Source: Chrysomallon squamiferum
Lineage: Eukaryota; Animalia; Mollusca
DNA: 64,000 nt
Reading direction: 5' to 3'
Assembly: GCA_012295275.1 (NCBI GenBank)
Contig: CM022665.1
Span: 18,972,001-19,036,000 of the forward strand
The translations under genes and the position numbers were made by a program. The number at the start of each line of letters is the position of its first letter. The stretch's first letter is position 1. Below are positions 1 through 11,838 of the stretch, in pieces. Under the pieces are notes generated by a model that searched no databases, was not told the origin of the DNA, and saw only the letters and a program-made list of their open reading frames with translations.

Positions 1-1212
1 TAAATTATTGTCTGTATGCTTCTCGTCCATAATTTAAAGTTCCAAAATTTAGTTGCGACGCTAGCAAAGTAATTAATTAAAAAAAAAAAAAGAAAAAAAA
101 AAGAAAATATCCTAATTCTGTATTTTACTTGCTTCTCTAACTGTAGATCACTGCGACTCTGGTCAGTTGTAAGTTCAACAAACTGATCTTGTCATATTAA
201 AGCAATACAGTCACAATCAGTCAAATGTGTCCTTCACTTTCAACAATAAAACAAATATAAGATTAAAAATGTATTCATATTTATTAGAACTACAGTGAAT
301 TCTATTAAATGATGTACTGATTTTTTAAATTATTTTTCTTGTTGATCATTCGAAAAGTTACGCAATTTTTTTTATGCCGTTTTTTTTTTTTTTTTTTTTT
401 TTTTCTTTTGCACATTGCGTTGTTGTTCAAGTTTATCATTGTAAAACAATTATTCGGATTATTCAATTATTCAGATAAAGATAATAACCTCAGAAATGTA
501 TAACAGGAATACACAGTTGTCTCTTTTTCTATAACGTAGTTACATTAAGCACCTTTTCGGTGCACATTGCTATTTATTTATTTAGTTATTTGACTATTTA
601 CTTATCTAGTTGTTTATTTTATTCTTTCATTTATTCGTATTTTCATTCTTTCTTTCTTTCATTTATTCATAAGGCTCTGGGATTCATTTTGGATTTGTGT
701 CCTTATTCAACCTTGTTTTTCTTACAGCAAACAAACTATACCTGCGTATAGATACATACATACATACATATATAAAATATTTAGAAATAGGGCAAGTAAG
801 CTGTCCTTTGGGATAATTTCTTTTGCAACTAGTGCACTACCACCCGTTAATAAAAGATATACCGTAAAAGTTCAGAAAATATATTATTCATTATCTGGTA
901 CACAAGCTGCTTATAATTGCTTTACAAATATCGTTATTTAATTATTTATTTAACTATTTATTTATGTATCTATTTATTTAAATTATTATTAAATATGTTT
1001 AGGTATAGTTATGCAAATTGCTATTCATAGGTTTTCTAATTCAGATACACAGTTTGTTGAAATGTTTTCTCACTTTTAACTGTATAGCATTTGTCTATCT
1101 GCTTAGAAATCTATTTGTTAAAAATAAACCTTCTTTGTGACTTTTTCACCTCATCTCTTTTTTTCTTCTTTCTTTTTACATGTGTTTTCTTTTTCTCCCA
1201 TTCCCATATCTT

Positions 1213-1370
1213 TCTCTCTCTCTCGTTCTCTCTTCCAAGTTTTCCCTCAGTTTCTTTTCTCTCTCTCTCTCCCAAGTTTTCCCTCTCTTACTGTTTCTTT
1301 CTATCTCTCCCAAATTTTCCCTCTCTTACTGTTTCTTTCTCTCTCTCTCCCAAGTTTCCACCCTCTGACT
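1213..1370. repeat. CT-rich tandem repeat, ~38-40 bp unit, ~4 copies
   Basis: Recurring unit ctctctctctcccaagttttccctctcttactgtttcttt; explains the F/S/L-rich ORFs at 1091-1514. Confidence 0.8.
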
Positions 1371-1983
1371 GATTCTACCTTTTTCTCTGTTTTCTACTTC
1401 GCATGCCATTCCATCCGCTTACTTTCCTGTCACTTTGTCGCAAATATTTGTGTGTTTAATTCCAAGATTTTCAACTTTTTTAGATATTCAAGCCAAACCC
1501 TTCTAGCACACTGAACGTTCTTGACCTTTACATAAATCGAACTCGCGTACGTTCCTTACCCTAATCAGATTATCAGAGTTAGCTTTCAGTCTGACAGAAG
1601 ATGACGAACAACTGTTGTTAAAATTTGACAGATTTAGAAATCAGTCAATTGGCTGAACGTTTCGAAACTTTTGTATTTAAGACAGCAGATTTTGCTTGTA
1701 TGTCATTACAATACCGACGTCTTGAGGTAAGTTACATTACTATAAAGATTATATATTTTATATTTTATTTTGTACTTATTTCCAGCATATTTCTGAAAGT
1801 TTGATTGGATTTTGTTTTTTAAATAGTAACATACGAAAATGTGAACAATATATTTTATTAAATTTCAGGATTAAAGCAAAAAAAATACCCAAAAACAAAT
1901 TATTCTCAGCTTAAATTTATATGTAATGAACAAATATTAAGACAAAGACACATGCAAAGATGGATGTACATATTCATTCATTC

Positions 1984-2018
<35 letters not shown>

Positions 2019-2474
2019 GCGCGCACGCACATATACACATACATAACAAAGCGAGATATCTAGAGACAAGGATATATAAATATAGACTGATAGACAGACA
2101 TATGGATTATTTTGTCCAATTGATAATAGTTATATATAGTTATGTTAATCTCAGTCTATAGTTAGATTCAGTATTTTTATTTTATATAATAACATGACGA
2201 TGAAAGACGACTAATAAATTTAATAACAATTATCTGCCCTTAAATATTCTCCATCTATTTGGTCCTAATTTTATATTTTTGTAAAATATCCTGCTCAATC
2301 TAAAGCTTAGGACCTCTTATGATTCCGTTTCGCTTTTTATATATCATTATCCTGTGTTAACACATACCAAACAGGTTCCGGTGGTTTTTAAAAAATTAGG
2401 ACCTTGCGACGTCTAAATACGATCACATTACTACTTTTTATTTGTTTTTAGCTAATTGCAGGACTGACAGAAAT

Positions 2475-2923
2475 ATGAAGACATCAGTTCTTTTATCACT
2501 GGCTTTGTGTTCAATCCTGTTAGGAACAGCTAGCTATGTACAAGGTAAAACAGACGTCTGTTTCAGCCGACCAAAGAATTTTTCTTATAACGAACCTAAT
2601 AAAATTATCTGCTAAAAGAATTATTAGCAAGATTTCAAAATCAAATATCTCCAAAGGACAGAAGTGAAAAATGTAAGAAAATTCAGTTAAAAACAAAGAA
2701 AGTACAAAATGCAATAATAATAACAACAACAACAACAACAATAACAAAAAAAAAAAAAAAAAAAAAAAAAAACGAAGAAGAATGTTTTGTGTATTTATTC
2801 TCATAACTTTGTTCGGTTTGAGTTTGTTCAAAAGGCGATGAATACTGAAAATTTTCGGAAATATTTTACTTCATTTAATATCGAATTTAAGAGTATTCTA
2901 AAAACATTAGGACTCAGATATAG

Positions 2924-3003
<80 letters not shown>

Positions 3004-3696
3004 ATTATTTTCAGGCCAAATTGGTTACATGGGAGGCGGTTACATAGGAGGAGGGTACATGGGTGGCTTTGCTAGGTGGAATCCTTGCTGGGTCAGTAAA
3101 AAAAAGAAAAAAAAGTCCACTTTTTAAATAAAACAGTTAATATTTTATGACGTGTGTTGGATGAACATTGCACGTACAGTAGCACATGTAAAATTATAGT
3201 TTTGTTCGTGTGTGTGTATATGTATTAATGAGTAACTAAGAGAGTAAGTATGTATGTGAGTATGTGAAAGGCCTTTGGTGGGTTTTTTTTCAGTTCTTGC
3301 AGGTTGCAAGATCAATCCCATTAGTTCGCCGATACACGTTACATCCAGCATCTCACGCTTTGGCTATCACAGCCTGTATACATCAAACTGTATATAACAG
3401 AAACCTAACACGATAACCGATTAAGTGGAGGCGACATGTTTCAGATCTTTAAACATCATTATGCAGAAATACATGACTGATACTTAATAATCGTTCATAC
3501 TGAAATATTTCTGTTTTACTGAAAATCCACGAAGTTAACACAGTTGTTTTTATTTCAGGGTATTCGCTGTTTACCTGGAAGAATGTGCGTGCCAAGAAGA
3601 AGGCGGGGTGTATGCATATGGTTGAGACGTCCTTGGTTTCCTAGACAACGCGCCTGGCCAGTGATGTACAACTCTGAAAAAAGTGTAGACACATAA
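2475..3696 (+). CDS. Small secreted Gly/Tyr-rich, Cys-containing, cationic peptide (94 aa, 3 coding exons)
   Basis: Coding exons 2475-2544 (MKTSVLLSLALCSILLGTASYVQ G|gtaaaa), 3015-3091 (tttcag|...QIGYMGGGYIGGGYMGGFARWNPCW|gtcagt), 3559-3696 (tttcag|GIRCLPGRMCVPRRRRGVCIWLRRPWFPRQRAWPVMYNSEKSVDT*). Splice phases are consistent (1, 0); clear signal peptide; AATAAA at 3697 and 3705; probable 5'UTR exon ending at GAG|GTAAGT 1726. Confidence 0.85.
2925..2997. repeat. (TA)n microsatellite
   Basis: Long perfect TA run directly upstream of the acceptor at 3014. Confidence 0.95.
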
Positions 3697-6434
3697 AATA
3701 AATGAATAAATAATGAGCTTTCAAAGTTTACAAGTTTTATTATCGTTATATTATTAATTTATTATGGGCTGTAGCTTAGTGATTGGAATAATTGTGACGT
3801 TTATTTATTTATTTATTTATTATTATTTAAATATTAGGAAAAATAGCTATCCTATGGCACGATAGTTGCAAGATCTTTCATCTGCAGTGAATTATCTGGG
3901 CTGTTTCAAATTTAGCTATTCGAAACTAATTTATTTTGTGGTGTACAGTGTCCTGTATATGGGAAGGCGTTTTAAATTTTGTTATATCTGCTATTCAATA
4001 AAAGTTGTTTTTGGAAATGCAGTAGCCTGATTTGTATCTCAGTAGTAAACAAACACCACACGTCTGACATAGTAAGAATTAGTATCAAGAAGTGCTGCGG
4101 GTTTATTCTGTTATTTATTAACCCATAAATGGTAGGTAATACTAATGTATTAAAACAAAATGTCTTTAACAGTCAAAGACAGTAAGGAAGAGGAGGTTGA
4201 AAATGTATGAATCAACATTAGTTACAAATAATTTTTGTTCTTTTATCATATTTGTACGGGTTGGGTTTCTTAAAATTATTTTAGAGGGTGGAACAGGTGA
4301 TGTTCTTTGTTTTGTTTTTGTATTTATTTTTGTAACCAATGTTTGTATTCAGAATAATTTGAAAGTATTTTTATAATTAGGTGAATAAAAGCATTTACAG
4401 AATTGGTTCTGGAAAACAAATCAGAACAAATGTGTTTTAAAATAACAACTTCATGGTCAGTGAATATTTTACAACTTTTAAAGACCAATGTCTATAAGGA
4501 CAGTAGAATTTAAATCCAGTGTTTATCAGTTATTTTGAAGTATGCAGACAATGTTACTTTCAGTGCTGTAAGTAATTGTTGATAATGCAACATGACTGAT
4601 TTTAAATAAAAATAGCCTCTTTTTTTTTCTGAAGTTGTGTAAAAATTAGTAAATATATGTGTCCAAGTATTTAGATGAAATAGCCCTTGTATCTGAAAAC
4701 AAGAAGGAAAAAGTGAAGGTTCCAGCCTTGTAGAACCTATTTAACTGAACATCTGTACATCTTTTTATTATTTTATGTTAACAGACATGAAAATGTCTAG
4801 GAATATATTTATGATTCTCTTTCTAAATAAAATGGTCTAAGAGAAATAACTCTTACATTCAGACATCACTAATGAAAGAAGCATCTATATAATGTACAAA
4901 TTAATTTAAGAAAAAAATGATAAAATAATAACAATAAAATACAAACAACAACAATAATAATAATCAAACAAATGCTAAATAATAATAGTGATAAATGAAA
5001 TCTTAACTGTTAGATGTTGAGTTTTCATTATTATTTTTAAAATTAAGAGAATATTTTTATAGCCTATGTTCCTATTATTTTGTTTTATTTTCATTGATTT
5101 AATTTGTAAAATAATATGATTTGAAATAATTTAAATGTATGATCTATAAGTGTTATGTGCATCAGATTTGGAGTATTTGAAAATAACATTTTAACTTTTA
5201 TAAAATTTTTTTTTTTTTTTTTTTTAACAGCTTGATCGATTATTCTTCAATTGTAAATTCCTTCCTAAATGTATATTCAAACAAATGTTATTCATTTCTT
5301 ATATGATATCTGTCAGTATGACTTGAAGATCATCCCAGTACCAGTCATCAATAGAATAATCAAGTTAGTTGAACATTGATTCATGTTTTATTCATTACAT
5401 TTTATGGAATATCATTTATGAATCCCAGAAATTGTGTTAACAACTGACTGACCAAAGGGTATGACTTGTCAAGATTGCCAGTCCTCTTAAAATATTTTTA
5501 TGTACAATGATCAGTATGTTTTTTTTTCTTCTTTTTTTACTTTAGTCATTTTAATGTCAGCATATATTCTTTCACCAAACAAATATTTGATAAGTTTTCA
5601 GTCTTCAGTTTGTCATTTCACATACACATCGAAAAGCATCAAGTAAAACCATTTGTATTTGTTATTTATAAAATTACTCTAAGTTGAAAATTAATTTGTG
5701 CACACATAAATACACTAATAACAATGAACAAGAAACACAGTTATGCCATTTATTGAAATATTTTCAGTACAACAGTGTATCATGAATAATAGTACTTATA
5801 CTGTTCTCAGAATATTTTTTATAGATTTATATATGTACTGTGTATAATACAGGTTTGAAACACTTTTAAATATTGTTTTAAAAAAGTACAAATTTAAAAT
5901 ATAAATTATTAAAATTATTAAAATTGTTCAGGTATCTATTGTAGCAAACAATGTAAAATGCATAATGGGCAATAAAATAAAGAGTAAATTTTGTAAAAGT
6001 TGGTGAAGATAACAATATACATGTAATAACAGTAAACATCTTTACTGTTATAAAAACATCACAAATTAGCAATTTACTTATTTAAAATAATACACTGTCA
6101 ATGTTTACTGGTTATAAAAACATTAAAAATGAGGAAAACAACGTTACATTCTCTTTCTGCACACAGTTAACCACTCTTAAACAAATATTTAGTATTTTCT
6201 TATTATTATCGTCATTGAAAAATTTTGTTTTTGATGTGTATGCATGTGTGTGCGTTCTTGTGTATTTTAATTTAATGATACTAAGATTTTTAGACATTAT
6301 TTTTCTAAGTTTGAATTTTTAATGCTATTCCACATTTTTCTCTTCTCTTCTTTCTTTTTTTCTAGCTTGTTTCCCATGTCTATACATAAATGTTGATGAC
6401 ACGAAGTTTTTTAGTCTGATGTTTGGAACTAAAA

Positions 6435-7400
6435 ATGTCCAGTAATTTGGACAGTTTTCCTTATTGTTCCTTCAGAGAACTGTTTATACATAAAAGAATA
6501 CTTTAATTTGACTTTCAGTAAGAAAAGCAGAGAGAATTTTTGAAGAAACTTGATTTTCTAGTAACAGACTTTTGAAGAAAATTCTTAAACAATCCTAAAG
6601 TGACAGAACTTTCCTGGGACCCATTGGTTTACTAACAGACAGGTGGAAGGAAAATAATTTAAACTTAAAGAATCGTGTTGCTGAAAAACTGTAACAGTAA
6701 CACAAAGAAGTAATTAAAAGACTTTGTAGTGAAAGTAAAGTTTTACCTAACAACTTTCAGTTCTGGGCAAACAGAATGGGGCAGTTATCTTGAATTCCCA
6801 GAACAGCAAGTTACTGTAGAACAATATTAAATAAAGAACGAGCTAAAGAATGATAGTAAAATGATTTTTGAATGACCCCAGCAAATCAGTGTGGATACTC
6901 AGAATGTTAGGAACAGCAAGTTAAAACAGAAGATTATTACAGCAAAAACTTAGAAAACAGTTTTAAAACTTGTACAGATGACCTCTGTACTGTAGTTAAT
7001 TCACATCCTGTCATGAATCTGGTTTTCTCTTTTTGAGTAGAATTCCACAATTCACTGATACAGTATATATCAAAGTATATATTTTTGAAAAATGATCATA
7101 AAGAGTGATATAAATCTGAGCAGGACATACTGTGTAATGGAAATGACTGCTTAAACTCAGATCAGACATTCCTGCCCATTTTAGAAAAATAGTGAGTAAC
7201 AGCAGAAAGGAAATGATATCCAATCACTGTATTTGGCCAATGAAAACTTGCTATGATACAATAGAGCTTAATTTGCAGCTGAAACCACCAAAGTAGTTAT
7301 TACTTTAGGAACAAGATAACTCAAGACTTGTAACCATTATAGGGGTCACTAAAGGTACACAAAGATTGCTGTTTTTCCAGCAACAATCATATTTACCAAA
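6435..7400 (+). pseudogene. Decayed intronless coding-like segment, unknown product
   Basis: Purine-rich stretch reading e.g. DRTFLGPIGLLTDRWKENNLNLKNRVAEKL*Q*HKEVIKRLCSESKVLPNNFQFWANRMGQLS*IPRTASYCRTILNKERAKE; the stops could be CAA>TAA and CGA>TGA changes. Boundaries approximate. Confidence 0.35.
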
Positions 7401-8176
7401 TTTCTGTAACAAGAAGTAAATACAGTGATCATACAGCTGGGGAAAAGAAATGAGAAAGTTGAATGGGTAAGATGACAGTTTTTATTATGAACTAAACTAT
7501 CTTAAATAAAACTAAAAGTTTAATAAAATATTACAGTTTACAGAATGAATGAGCAAAACTTTACAGACGTATCAGAATGTAATAAGAAAGAGAAAACTTG
7601 ACAAACAACTCACAGAACACTCAGTGAATTTTGAAATGTCTCAATCAGAGCACTAAGGAATAAACAGGCTCAGACAAATATGCTTAAATTATCTACTTTA
7701 AATTGTGTTCTAGGAAAACAGGGCACCACCATTGAATTCACCATTTAATTTAGCGTATTCCTCATTTTATAAATAATCACTAATTTTATTTATTTATTTA
7801 ATGAAGAATTAAATGAACTGAATAAAATGTATGCCAATTTAGTTCTTAGAAATAAGCACACCAGACAAACTTGTATATACTAGCTAATTAATTTTTTTTT
7901 ATTATTCTTTCTTATGTGAACTTTTCACACATAATGATGCAGTTGATGTGCTTTGATAATAATAATAAAAATAGTTAGCAGTTACAGATATCTGTATTGG
8001 AACTTCCAATGCAGCCATTCTAAAAGCAGTAAGAATCAGGTAAGTAAAAGCCTCCAAAATCTCATAGAATAATACATACTGCAGTTGACATGCTTTGATA
8101 ATAATAATAATAACTTACAATAACAATAATTACTATTATTATTATTATAAACAGATATTTTCTGTATTGAAATGTA

Positions 8177-9021
8177 TTGGAATTTCCAATGCATCAGGCA
8201 AAGTTTACAGGTTTTGACACCATGCCTGGGACTCGCAATCTTACAGCCTTATTTCATGCATGCCAGAGGATATATACTATGAATACATATTTTCTTCTAA
8301 ACAGTGATCTGAAAGAGTTTCTGCAAAATGAAAATGCTCCAGATCCAAAAATGTTTAGTACTCTTTGCAGATTCGTTTGATAAAAAAAGAAGTAGATTTG
8401 GCAGATTATTGTCAATACAGCTGGGATGCTGACCTTGACCTTGTATTCAAACATCCAGCATTTGATGATAACCTTTTCCCTTTGAACTACATCCCATTTC
8501 CAATTATGGGAACATCACATAACATCGAAGCTGCAAAATCACTGCTTTGAAAATAAAGCATTATTTGACAAATATATTTTGCCATTTATTTGAGTTGTTA
8601 GATATCTGGTATTTTATTGATTGGAAATGTCTGCTTCAATTTAACCCATTTGGTAAAGATTATAATAGCAGAAAACGCTTAGATGTTCTCCGTCATTTCA
8701 ATTTGAATAGAAATAAAAAATACACTTATGCTAGATTTATTACTATGTTTTATCTGCACAGACAATTTTTATTTTGTGAGATAAGTTTTTGACAGAAAAA
8801 AAAGTACTAACCCTTACCATAATGTTTTTGGACCTATTTCTGGGAAAAAAGCAATGGACTATCAACAAAATCTTTGAATGGACACTGCAGTGAAATATGT
8901 CTTTAAACATGGCCATTTAATCGACCACCAGAAGAACCGTCGTAATGTTCATGTGGCCAATAGGTTACTTCCTGTTGTACATGTGAAAGAACTCGGAAAA
9001 ATATTTCATTATAAAAAATAA
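8177..9021 (+). pseudogene. Frameshifted intronless ORF (~270 codons), unknown product
   Basis: ORFs 8177-8380, 8365-8550 and 8547-8792 plus a tail to TAA 9019-9021 join into one reading after single-base changes in T runs (~8365, ~8547, ~8790); one in-frame TGA at 8875; AATAAA overlaps the stop (9017-9022). Confidence 0.6.
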
Positions 9022-9093
9022 ATTGTAATACTCATATTTTAATTATTTCATGCAATAAATAACAAACGCTTATTTATTTCATATGCTATTTAT

Positions 9094-9852
9094 TTAATAT
9101 GGAGCAATATGTCTTTTAACTGGATTTGGATCATCATCCATGGATGAATCGCTGTCTGGATCATCCAGTGCACAGTCAACATCAGAATCAGTATCATAGT
9201 CAGTTCTTGAAATTGGACCTATAGATCGACGATTGGCATTATCATAAAGATCAACCATATCATCCCACACGTCTTGATAATTCTTTAACTGAAGATGTGG
9301 TCTATTTCTGAAACCTGCTTGTAATAGTGCACCCAAAGGATTATTAAGATCAGATAAAACAAGACAAATGTATTTATCATCAATATCAGGAAATACATTC
9401 ATTTGTATTTTTCGTTTCCATCTTCTATATAAATATCGAACAGTTACATTAGTCCATCGAAGACGTCCTTTAGAATTGAATAATTTATGTAACGGCCATC
9501 TTGGAGCCATTGCACGGTGTAAAATATCCATCCAAATATTCTTCTTATTCTGATCGATGTAGGCTTTCTTTGCAATATTATGAAAATGTCTGTTCATATT
9601 GACAACAAATCCTACACGATAATCCCATATAAACTGTTGATTAAAAAATGCTTTTCCATTCTGCAGATATAAATTTTTATTATCATGTTTTCCAAGTCCA
9701 CCTTTATGTTTTGATAAATAATCTATCTTTGGCATCTTCACAGTAGTATAAACCGGAAAGTCTGAAATTTCTTTCATTTTATCTTTTACAGCATCTTTTA
9801 ATATTAAAGGTCCATAATGACTGGAAGTAGTAGTCACGTGATCAGCCGCCAT
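9094..9852 (-). CDS. Intact intronless 252-aa orphan protein with acidic C-terminal tail
   Basis: Long uninterrupted ORF in ~30% GC DNA; aaaATGg start context; AATAAA overlapping the stop (9089-9094); upstream GC box and TATA; C-terminus DYDTDSDVDCALDDPDSDSSMDDDPNPVKRH. No family recognised. Confidence 0.7.
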   Translation of the reverse strand: MAADHVTTTSSHYGPLILKDAVKDKMKEISDFPVYTTVKMPKIDYLSKHKGGLGKHDNKNLYLQNGKAFFNQQFIWDYRVGFVVNMNRHFHNIAKKAYIDQNKKNIWMDILHRAMAPRWPLHKLFNSKGRLRWTNVTVRYLYRRWKRKIQMNVFPDIDDKYICLVLSDLNNPLGALLQAGFRNRPHLQLKNYQDVWDDMVDLYDNANRRSIGPISRTDYDTDSDVDCALDDPDSDSSMDDDPNPVKRHIAPY

Positions 9853-10098
9853 TTTAACTAATTATATAATATATTCATAAAATTAATAAAATAACAAAAT
9901 ACTCACTATCTGACAAATAATTTACAATTAAAATAAAATAATACAGAATAATGATTTATACATTATTTTGCAAATTCCCATTATGTAATGTCAGTAATAA
10001 TAATAATTTCAGGAAATGGTGAAATCAGCATTTTACTATATATGGTCATATACAAATATTTTGTTTATGACACATAAGTACTTCCTAAGTGACTTATT

Positions 10099-10126
10099 TA
10101 TTTATAACACAGGATTGTCTCCGCCC
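10099..10126 (-). promoter_or_regulatory. Putative promoter of the 252-aa ORF: GC box plus TATA
   Basis: Minus strand GGGCGG (10126-10121) followed by TATAAATA (10106-10099); possible 49-nt 5'UTR intron gtgagt...tag at 9906-9858 just before the ATG. Confidence 0.4.
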
Positions 10127-10319
10127 TCCTGTCTGTTGACTGATGAGTGTCATACTTACTGATAATTCTGGTTGTTATTTGAAAATGTCTGCTAAAATTT
10201 CAGGCTAATTTTTATTATTCAGTCTAATTTTTTTATGTTTCCATCTACCACTTTTACTTGTTTATTTAGCTTTAAAACTGTATACGTAACCTGCATCTGT
10301 ATAACATAATAAACTTTGG

Positions 10320-10538
10320 TTACTCATTATGTATCCTTTGTACATGGGGACATTACGGTCCTTCAGGGATGATATGATGTGGGCATGTTACAACTGGTCC
10401 CATCTAGCCTTCCTGCTTCAATGTCCATGCTTTCTCAACCATTAATTTTAAATTGCTTTCGACAACACCACCACCACATTCTGCTTGTACTACTACAGCA
10501 AACAAAAATATTATTACAAAAAATAATTGCATGTACAT
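10320..10538 (-). pseudogene. Small signal-peptide-bearing ORF with in-frame stops
   Basis: MYMQLFFVIIFLFAVVVQA-ECGGGVVESNLKLMVEKAWTLKQEG*MGPVVTCPHHIIPEGP*CPHVQRIHNE*; hydrophobic signal with V-x-A cleavage pattern. Confidence 0.35.
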
Positions 10539-10817
10539 ACAAAAACACAAAAAACGGAAGACCCTCTAAATCCCATCAGTAACAGAATACTCTTCTGTTT
10601 GATGTGCCTTTTGAATAGACAACCTGCAGAAAGGAACTGCCTCCGAGTCTGTCTTTATATAATTTATTATTAATTTCTTTTGATCATCATTCAATGAGCA
10701 GATTCTATTTGGTGTTGAATTCTCGTAATAAAAAATCTGTTTTAAGTGAAATAGAAAAAATACTGTATAAAAAGTGGCTTACAGAGAAAGAAGTTTTCTG
10801 TGTTGTATTTATTTATT

Positions 10818-10881
<64 letters not shown>

Positions 10882-10896
10882 TATTATTTTAATACA

Positions 10897-11183
10897 CAGG
10901 GGCAGTTAATGTGAGGTTCCCAGCTGCACGGTAAAAACTTCCATGCTAATAAAAAAAAAAAAATTGGATGTCCACACGAGGGTACCCCTTATGCTGTGAC
11001 AGATATTCTAGCTGAACCAGATGCCTGTTTCACTGGTTGTTGTGCTGACGCAGTAGATAATATATGGGAGCAAGCACTGGCGAAGAGATAGCAATACCAA
11101 TAACTATGAATAGACAAGGACTATAAAATTTATAATTTTAAATTTAAACATTCTTTACACCCACCTTACCATAATCCATCCAG
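10897..11183. mobile_element. Degenerate hAT-like MITE (same family as 43636-43919)
   Basis: Starts CAGGGGCAGTTAATG, ends CATAATCCATCCAG; internal aagagatagca...actatgaatagacaa...taaaatttataattt.aaatttaaacatt is shared with ~43790-43860. Confidence 0.55.
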
Positions 11184-11278
11184 TCCTACCTCTGCAGTGC
11201 CTGTGGTTAGTCCCTTCATGCATGCTGTTACTGATTCGTGTTGGTTATACTGGATTTTATTTTGTGTTTGTATCAGTA

Positions 11279-11608
11279 CAGGTACCGGATCAATTACCCG
11301 GACTCTTTGGGGCCTGAGGCATTCCGGATTTCTCGGTTTTCTGGAATCAAGGCATCTAAATACGTAAATAATTAGGCATAAACATTTTAAAATTAAAAAC
11401 AATAAGAAAATTGATGATACACAACTGTGGCGACTCGACACGTAAACAATGCGGCGAGTGAATGAACGCCACGCGGCTTGAAAGAGTAGTTCCAGTCTGG
11501 TGAGGACAACACCTATGCACGCGAACTATGAAAATAGCGTCTGGAAAAAACTTCCGGTTTTCTGGTCTTTCCGGATTTCAGGATGCCTGATAATTGGTCC
11601 GGTACCTG
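11279..11608. mobile_element. Tc1/mariner/pogo-type MITE, 330 bp
   Basis: TIRs CAGGTACCGGATCAATTA and TAATTGGTCCGGTACCTG (17/18 match), flanked by TA on both sides (11277-78, 11609-10). Confidence 0.9.
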
Positions 11609-11785
11609 TATAATGAACTCTTTGGATATTCCTTTGATATATTTCAGTTTATTTGTAAATGCTAAAGCGATTAGTTAAATTCAGTCTACATATGAGCGAA
11701 ATCGCCGTACATTTCTATTTGCAGTTAGATGCTTTTTAAAATGAATATATTTTTAAATTTATTATCCTTCATGTTGTTTATTTAA

Positions 11786-11838
<53 letters not shown>

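Noticed and set aside
560-2161. ORFs rich in F/S/L/Y/I at 560-751, 1091-1514, 1952-2161
   Set aside because: Translations of CT-rich and TA/CA microsatellite tracts; no protein-like complexity.
3280-3445. GC-richer intronic segment resembling a SINE or other repeat fragment
   Set aside because: No A/B box, TSD or second copy recognisable in this window.
11166-11441. 91-aa minus-strand ORF
   Set aside because: Composite of two MITE sequences and the short spacer between them.
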